DNA of 64,000 nt from an uncultured bacterium. GTDB lineage: Bacteria; Patescibacteriota; Patescibacteriia; CAIQCM01. The notes under the pieces are model-generated. The model had not been told where the DNA came from, searched no databases, and saw only the letters and a program-made list of their open reading frames with translations. How positions within the stretch are numbered: position 1 is the first letter of the stretch; each line of letters begins with the position of its first letter. Shown here one piece after another: positions 58,585-64,000 of this stretch. The position numbers and the translations under genes are program-made. The stretch lies in NCBI GenBank assembly GCA_963708045.1, contig OY970181.1, positions 67,740 to 131,739 of the forward strand, in the 5' to 3' direction.

Positions 58585-58759
58585 AAATATCTAATTTTAC
58601 GCCGTCATTCCGAGCCCGTAAGGTCGTTTTGTCCAGGGCTCGGCCGAGCTCAGCTCGGCGAGGGATCTCGCAGACGACTTAGAGACGTTGGGTTCCCTCA
58701 TCGCTCCCACTCTTCGGGATGACGCCAGAGGATTAGATATTAGGTATTCATAATCACTC
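58585..58759. mobile_element. Single-unit copy of the 'gtcattccgagc' palindromic MITE with atctaat/attagatattagg flanks
   Basis: gccgtcattccgagcccgtaaggtcgttttgtccaggg ... gggatgacgccagaggattagatattaggtattc. Confidence 0.7.
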
Positions 58760-58788
58760 GTATATAAAAACTAGCACCAAAAAATGAT

Positions 58789-59832
58789 TTAGTCTACGGA
58801 AACACTCCACTCATTTTCCATCTCAACAATCTTTCCTTTAACAACAAACCCTGCGGCTTTGCGGTGGCCACCGCCGCCCCAGCGGAGTGCTTCGGCTGCG
58901 ACGTCAATGTCTTCGCGTGCTGTGCGCAAGCTCCCCTTTATCGTTCCGTCGTCGTTTTCGCGCAAAACCAAAACCGTTCGCGCTGGGAGGACACTGTTTA
59001 AAAAATTAGAAAGACCACCAAGGGCGTCTTCGTCTATGCAAAGCAAAGCCGTTTCTTCGGCGTAAAGAACGGTGGAGGCGCGACCAAGATCGGTGTTGTA
59101 CTTTAATCGCTCTAGCGCTTTACCCCAAAGCGAGAGTGATTCTATGGATTTATTTCTAACAACCAGACGGGAAACAAAATGGCGGTCGGCGCCGAGCGCT
59201 TCTAGGCGCGACGCGACGGCGAGCGATTCGGCAGTTGTCGCCGGATTAAAAAACATCATCGTATCGTGAATAACGCCGGCGAGCATATTTGTTGCCGCGT
59301 CCTCGGAAGCGGTATGACCAAAACATTCGTAGACGCCAAAAATAATTTCGGTCGTAGAAGCGGCCGTCGGAATTACCAAATTCACATCGCCAAAAAATTC
59401 GTTAGCGCCGTGATGGTCAATATTAACAATAAACGGACGCGGTGAAAGCGAAGGAATCACCTTATCCATACCGGCGAACTTTAAATCGCTCGCGTCCAAA
59501 ACCACGATAGCGTCAGCGTTAGAAAAGACGCCAAGGTCGGCGGTAAACTTTTTGGAATTTGGCAATTCCACAAGCGACAATGGAACCGGATCGGACGAAA
59601 AACAAGCCACAGTTTTGCCTCGTTTTTCTAAAAGGTCGGCGAGCGCCAGCGCCGCGCCAAGCGTGTCCGCATCAGGCCGACGATGTGAAACCGTAACAAT
59701 TCGGTTGGCTTTGTTAAGCGCCGAAACGACCGCGTTAAATTGAATCGTGTTTGAAGTCATCCAGACACAATACGGCCATATTTTTGCCTTGTCAATGGGC
59801 GGCCTTTGGCCGTAAAATGAAACATGAAGCAC
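58789..59832 (-). CDS. nrnA: DHH/DHHA1 phosphoesterase (NrnA-like oligoribonuclease/pAp phosphatase); likely start at 59757
   Basis: The DHH motif region (VSHRRPDADTLGAA) and the C-terminal DHHA1 GGGH motif are present. The N-terminal extension of the ORF overlaps a repeat element. Confidence 0.75.
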   Translation of the reverse strand: MLHVSFYGQRPPIDKAKIWPYCVWMTSNTIQFNAVVSALNKANRIVTVSHRRPDADTLGAALALADLLEKRGKTVACFSSDPVPLSLVELPNSKKFTADLGVFSNADAIVVLDASDLKFAGMDKVIPSLSPRPFIVNIDHHGANEFFGDVNLVIPTAASTTEIIFGVYECFGHTASEDAATNMLAGVIHDTMMFFNPATTAESLAVASRLEALGADRHFVSRLVVRNKSIESLSLWGKALERLKYNTDLGRASTVLYAEETALLCIDEDALGGLSNFLNSVLPARTVLVLRENDDGTIKGSLRTAREDIDVAAEALRWGGGGHRKAAGFVVKGKIVEMENEWSVSVD

Positions 59833-59902
59833 GCAACATGAAACATCACCATCCCGCTTCGCGGGGTTAATGTGTTTTATGCTTCATGTTTCATGCTTCA
59901 TA
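59816..59902. repeat. atgaaac-heptamer inverted-repeat element between nrnA and smc
   Basis: aaatgaaacatgaagcacgcaacatgaaacat ... cccgcttcgcgggg ... tgcttcatgtttcatgcttcat. Confidence 0.6.
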
Positions 59903-59908
59903 CCTTAT

Positions 59909-62158
59909 ATGTATCTCCAACGCTTAGAAATTCAGGGCTTTAAGTCGTTCGCCTCAAAGACGACGATTTTATTTTCCGCGGCCGGCGACGATGGCCGCCG
60001 CGGCCTTACCGCCATTGTCGGACCAAACGGTTCGGGCAAATCCAACATCGCTGACGCGATGCGTTGGGTTATGGGCGAACAATCATTAAAACAGCTACGC
60101 GGAAAAAAGAGCGAAGACGTTATTTTTTCCGGCTCGGACAAACGGGCAAAAATGGGTATGGCCGAGGTTTCGTTATTTTTAAAAAATGAACACGGCGTTG
60201 CCGGCTCGGCTGAAGACGATTCCGTGGACACAATTCTTAATGCGCCCGAAATTGTAATTACCCGCCGCCTTTTCCGCGACGGCACTTCGGAGTACCTCCT
60301 TAACGGCGCCCGAGCGCGGCTTTCCGATATTAATATGCTGCTCGCCAAAGCCGCGATCGGCGAACGCGGCTTTACGATTATTGGCCAAGGAATGATTGAC
60401 CAGTTTCTTTTTCTTTCGCCCGAAGAGCGCAAAGAAGCGATTGACGAAGCCGCCGGCATCCGCCACCTGCAAATAAAAAAGAACGAGGCCGAACGCAAAC
60501 TCGCGGCGACTCGCGAAAATCTGCGTGAAGCTGAAGTTTTGCTCGGCGAAATTGAACCGCGCTTGCGTTCGCTCGGCCGAATGGTGAAGCGCCTTAGCGA
60601 ACGCGAAGAAATGGAAAAAGAATTAAAATCGCTCCAAGCGCGCCACTACGGTTCGCTTTATAATTCGCTACTAAAAGAAGTCGTGACCGTTCGCGCTGGG
60701 ATGAGCGTTAAAGAAAAAATCGTCGCCGAAAAAGAAAGCGCCATTCGCGTTGTCCAAGAAAAATTAAATTCTCTAGAAAAAGCCGAGACCTCGTCTTCAA
60801 AACTTTTAGACTTTCAAAAAGAACTTGAGCCTTTGCACGCCGAGCGCCAACGCTTGCGCGATCGCGCTTTTGAAATTCGCGTTACGGCCGAGCGCACAAA
60901 AAACACCCAACTGCCAATGGCCGCGATTATCGCCGGCGTGGAAACGCTTCAGGCCGAAGAACAAACGTTGCTTGGCAAAATTCAAGCCGCAACGACGCTA
61001 GAAGACTTGGACGCCTTAAAAATCGCCGCGCAAAACTTGGATGCGCGCGTTACCAAATTCCTTGGTACGCTTCGCGGCGAAACGCGCAATAAAGAAAACG
61101 AAAAAAATCTGGCCGAGGTTGAAGCTGGTATTAACAACGTCAACGCCAAAATTAACGCCGTTCAGGCCAAGATCGCCGCGTCTTCAAAAAACGAACAAGA
61201 GCAAAAGTCGGCCTTCTTTGACATTCAGCGCGAATACCAAACCCTGCTTGAAGCCGCTACCTTTGCGCGGCAAGAACTTGGCGAGCGCCGCGTTACTTTG
61301 GCCAAGCTGGAACAGCGCTTGGAAGATTTGGAATCGGAAATAAAAGCCGAAATGCAGATAGAAAATATTGCCGACGTGCTTAAGGGTGCGGCCGAACCGG
61401 CTAACGAAATTTTAGGGAACAATCTTGATAGCCCCGAAGAAGCGTATCGCCATATTCAACGGCTTAAACAACAAGTGGCGGCGATCGGCGGCATTGACCC
61501 CGAAGTTGTTCGCGAACATGCCGAAACCGCGACTCGTTACGAAACCCTAAAAACGCAATACGACGACCTTATCTCCGCCGAAGGAAAATTGTTGGAGCTC
61601 GGAAAAGAATTGGACGAAACAATCGGTAAATCTTTTCACGAAGCGTTTAAAAAAATCAGCGTTGAGTTTGAAAAATTCTTCAAAATTCTTTTTAACGGCG
61701 GTAGTGCGAAATTGGTTTATCTTGAACCGGAAGAAGTGTTGCCCGAAGAAAATTCTGCCGAAGGCGAAACAACCGAAGCCGCAAAACCCGTTCGCACCAA
61801 GCCGGGCGTAGAAATTATCGCCCAACCGCCAGGAAAACGCGTTAAGTCAATGAGCATTCTTTCGGGCGGCGAACGCGCACTTACGGCGATCGCCCTTATT
61901 TCCGCGATCATCGCCGTAAACCCCTCCCCCTTTGTTGTTTTGGACGAAGTTGACGCCGCCTTGGACGAAGCCAACTCCGTCCGCTTTGCCGACATTATTT
62001 TTGAACTGACTAACAAAACGCAATTTATCGTCGTCACCCACAACCGCTACACGATGGAGCGCGCCGGCCTTATCTACGGCGTCACGATGGGCGACGACGC
62101 CGTCTCTAAAATTTTGTCTATCAAATTTGAGGAGGCAGTGGTTGGGAGTACGAAGTAA
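59909..62158 (+). CDS. smc: SMC-family ATPase (short, about 750 aa)
   Basis: N-terminal [14 protein letters not shown], Walker [10 protein letters not shown], long coiled coils, ABC signature [13 protein letters not shown], Walker [11 protein letters not shown] and a D-loop. No obvious hinge was seen. Confidence 0.75.
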   Translation: MYLQRLEIQGFKSFASKTTILFSAAGDDGRRGLTAIVGPNGSGKSNIADAMRWVMGEQSLKQLRGKKSEDVIFSGSDKRAKMGMAEVSLFLKNEHGVAGSAEDDSVDTILNAPEIVITRRLFRDGTSEYLLNGARARLSDINMLLAKAAIGERGFTIIGQGMIDQFLFLSPEERKEAIDEAAGIRHLQIKKNEAERKLAATRENLREAEVLLGEIEPRLRSLGRMVKRLSEREEMEKELKSLQARHYGSLYNSLLKEVVTVRAGMSVKEKIVAEKESAIRVVQEKLNSLEKAETSSSKLLDFQKELEPLHAERQRLRDRAFEIRVTAERTKNTQLPMAAIIAGVETLQAEEQTLLGKIQAATTLEDLDALKIAAQNLDARVTKFLGTLRGETRNKENEKNLAEVEAGINNVNAKINAVQAKIAASSKNEQEQKSAFFDIQREYQTLLEAATFARQELGERRVTLAKLEQRLEDLESEIKAEMQIENIADVLKGAAEPANEILGNNLDSPEEAYRHIQRLKQQVAAIGGIDPEVVREHAETATRYETLKTQYDDLISAEGKLLELGKELDETIGKSFHEAFKKISVEFEKFFKILFNGGSAKLVYLEPEEVLPEENSAEGETTEAAKPVRTKPGVEIIAQPPGKRVKSMSILSGGERALTAIALISAIIAVNPSPFVVLDEVDAALDEANSVRFADIIFELTNKTQFIVVTHNRYTMERAGLIYGVTMGDDAVSKILSIKFEEAVVGSTK

Positions 62159-62159
62159 T

Positions 62160-64000
62160 ATGAAGCCTATGGATAACCCCAAATTTAACGAGCCGATAAA
62201 AGCGGATTATCCTCTACCTGACCAATATTCTCCATCCCAAAATACAGAACGCCGAGAAAAATTGGACGAGATTCGTGCTGAATTAAACAGACTAGCCACC
62301 ACACCAAAAAATCATCCAGTGGACACGTCTGCCGATTTGCAAGCAATCCGCCAAGAACTCGGTTCGGAAGTACCCGCTGCGATCGGACAAGCCCAAGAGA
62401 AGACAGACCAAGAAGCGCGCTTCTTGGTTGATTTGGAAAATAGGCGCAAGGATGAACTTGCGCGTGAAGAAAAAATTTTGTCTTTTCTTATAGAGAGTTT
62501 ACCAGAAACCGAAGAACGTATCGGTAAAAAAATGGACCCGCACTCTGAAGTAGCAGTCGTCATCCCCGCTTATAGCGAGCGTGATTTTATTTTGCGACCG
62601 TTAGAATCTTTGGCGGAACAAAGAAATGTCTCAACCGATCAATTTGAGGTCATCGTCGTCGTCAACAATCCGGATGATACGCCCGCCCGTACGCCCGACG
62701 AAACAGACGATGACTATCGTCGTAAAATGGAACAGTACCGCAAGTCGCTCATGGAAAATCAGGAAACACTCAAGCTCATCCGCTTGCTAAATGATGAATC
62801 AACCGACGTCGCCGTAAACGCCGAGGAAATGGAAATAATAAAAAAAATCCGTCTCTCTGGTCTAAAAGTCTACGCCATAGACAAAGCTAGTCACGGAAAA
62901 ACACTTCCACCGAGCGAAGCCAATGTCGGCGGCGCTAGAAACCGCGGCGTTGCCGAGGCATGCGCTCGTTTCTACGAGGCAGGGAGAAACGGCATCATCG
63001 CCCAATCCGATGCTGACACCAAATTTGATGAACATTATATAGAGAACCTGATCAGAACTTTTCAGGAACGTCCCGAAATCGTCGGCTTAACAGGCAACTC
63101 CCAGTTTGAGGAATTGGAAGGCAACAAAGAGTTGGGATTGATTCTGTATAAATACGACGAGGCCTTGTATGAATACAAGGGGCTCCTAAAAAAATTATCA
63201 ATGGCACCAGAGGAAAAGAAGAGCGAGTCGGACGTGTTTTTTAGTGGTGCCAATATGGCCAGCCGTGCTTTTGAAACAGCAATCGTTGGCGGCGTTCCAA
63301 AAATCAGCGGCGGTGAAGATCCGGCGTTCGGAAAACGTCTTGAGACGGTTGGAAAAATCGTAAGAGTTGAAGATATCATCACAATGCCAGCCTTTCGTTT
63401 CTCTGCCCGAACAGCAAAGGACTCGGGGCAAGGACAAAGCAATATACGTTTTGCTGAGAACCTCCGAAAGCATGGCGCCTTGATGGTCAAAAATCCCGAA
63501 ATATCTTTGCGCGAAAGAGAAATTAAAGTAAGCATGGAAGAAATTTTTGCCACAGAAAAAGCAAAGCAAATTTCTCCCCAAGAAATCAGCGAAATTTTTT
63601 CTATCAACGGAAAGCATTTATTAACAGACAGCGAGTCCGAACTTTTAAGCGCTAAGCTAAAAGAAGCGGCTGACCCAAGGCAACTATCCAGCGATCCAGA
63701 GCTAGCTTTTTTAAAAACAAACTTTAGACAAGCCCTTAATGACTCGCTACCAGAATTACCCTTTGACGTGGCCACGGCTAAAATCATAGATTTATTTAAA
63801 AGAGATCCAGGTGTAGCTCATAAATACGAAATTAATCTTGCGAAAATCTTAGAAAAAGAAAAGATTAAGTTAGAAAAACGAGCACAGCTCCTCAATAAAA
63901 TTTTTGAGGTGTCTTTCCGTGACAAGCCCCAAAAACCAGACAGTAAGTGGGTATTCCGGGTACTGCAAGACAATAGAGCGGAGCTCGGTTTGGATGAAAA
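62160..64000 (+). CDS. Family 2 glycosyltransferase (GT-A fold) with long C-terminal extension; partial, runs off the window end
   Basis: Hand translation from ATG 62160: ...VAVVIPAYSERDFILRPLESLAEQ...FEVIVVVNNPDD...SDADTKFD (GT2 motifs with D-x-D). No stop codon before 64000. Confidence 0.65.
   Translation, partial: MKPMDNPKFNEPIKADYPLPDQYSPSQNTERREKLDEIRAELNRLATTPKNHPVDTSADLQAIRQELGSEVPAAIGQAQEKTDQEARFLVDLENRRKDELAREEKILSFLIESLPETEERIGKKMDPHSEVAVVIPAYSERDFILRPLESLAEQRNVSTDQFEVIVVVNNPDDTPARTPDETDDDYRRKMEQYRKSLMENQETLKLIRLLNDESTDVAVNAEEMEIIKKIRLSGLKVYAIDKASHGKTLPPSEANVGGARNRGVAEACARFYEAGRNGIIAQSDADTKFDEHYIENLIRTFQERPEIVGLTGNSQFEELEGNKELGLILYKYDEALYEYKGLLKKLSMAPEEKKSESDVFFSGANMASRAFETAIVGGVPKISGGEDPAFGKRLETVGKIVRVEDIITMPAFRFSARTAKDSGQGQSNIRFAENLRKHGALMVKNPEISLREREIKVSMEEIFATEKAKQISPQEISEIFSINGKHLLTDSESELLSAKLKEAADPRQLSSDPELAFLKTNFRQALNDSLPELPFDVATAKIIDLFKRDPGVAHKYEINLAKILEKEKIKLEKRAQLLNKIFEVSFRDKPQKPDSKWVFRVLQDNRAELGLDE

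Overview
The window is a 64 kb chromosomal stretch of a compact, mid-GC bacterial genome (about 50-57% GC in core genes). The gene content is consistent with a Patescibacteria/CPR-like organism: RNase Y, a short ProRS, dispersed type IV pilus genes (pilT, pilB, pilins), anaerobic class III RNR nrdDG, a mini-SMC and many small secreted or membrane hypotheticals. This assignment is an inference from the genes seen.

Housekeeping genes recognised:
- rny, hup, proS, typA, rnc, nusB, rpmF, gyrA, rpsA, ftsH, tsaE, tsaD, mgtA, clpP, nrnA and smc.
- Three tRNAs: Arg-TCG, Lys-CTT and Glu-TTC.
- A GT2 glycosyltransferase runs off the 3' edge.

The most unusual content is non-coding.
- A superfamily of MITE-like intergenic elements has terminal inverted repeats made of degenerate tandem heptamers (atctaat, ccctaaa, atgaaac, cacgtgg, aaccttg). 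These flank palindromic 'gtcattccgagc'-type cores. One copy sits in-frame inside tsaE.
- A second family of about 130 bp hairpin elements has a conserved ~70 nt core and arms that differ between copies but stay perfectly complementary.
- A highly structured 330 nt spacer lies between two tRNAs.
- A secreted-protein cassette array next to tRNA-Glu has duplicated about 125 bp and about 78 bp junction modules and a nested insertion.

Accessory pockets include:
- a higher-GC 3.6 kb island (33990-37580) of uncharacterised genes with its own promoters;
- an orphan radical-SAM/SPASM maturase flanked by a YerC/TrpR-like gene and a putative DUF169-family gene;
- an archaeal-type PurO-like gene;
- a sugar-binding protein paired with a HAMP-only sensor.

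gyrA and ftsH each carry an apparent single-base frameshift. No CRISPR array, rRNA gene or recognisable defence system was found.
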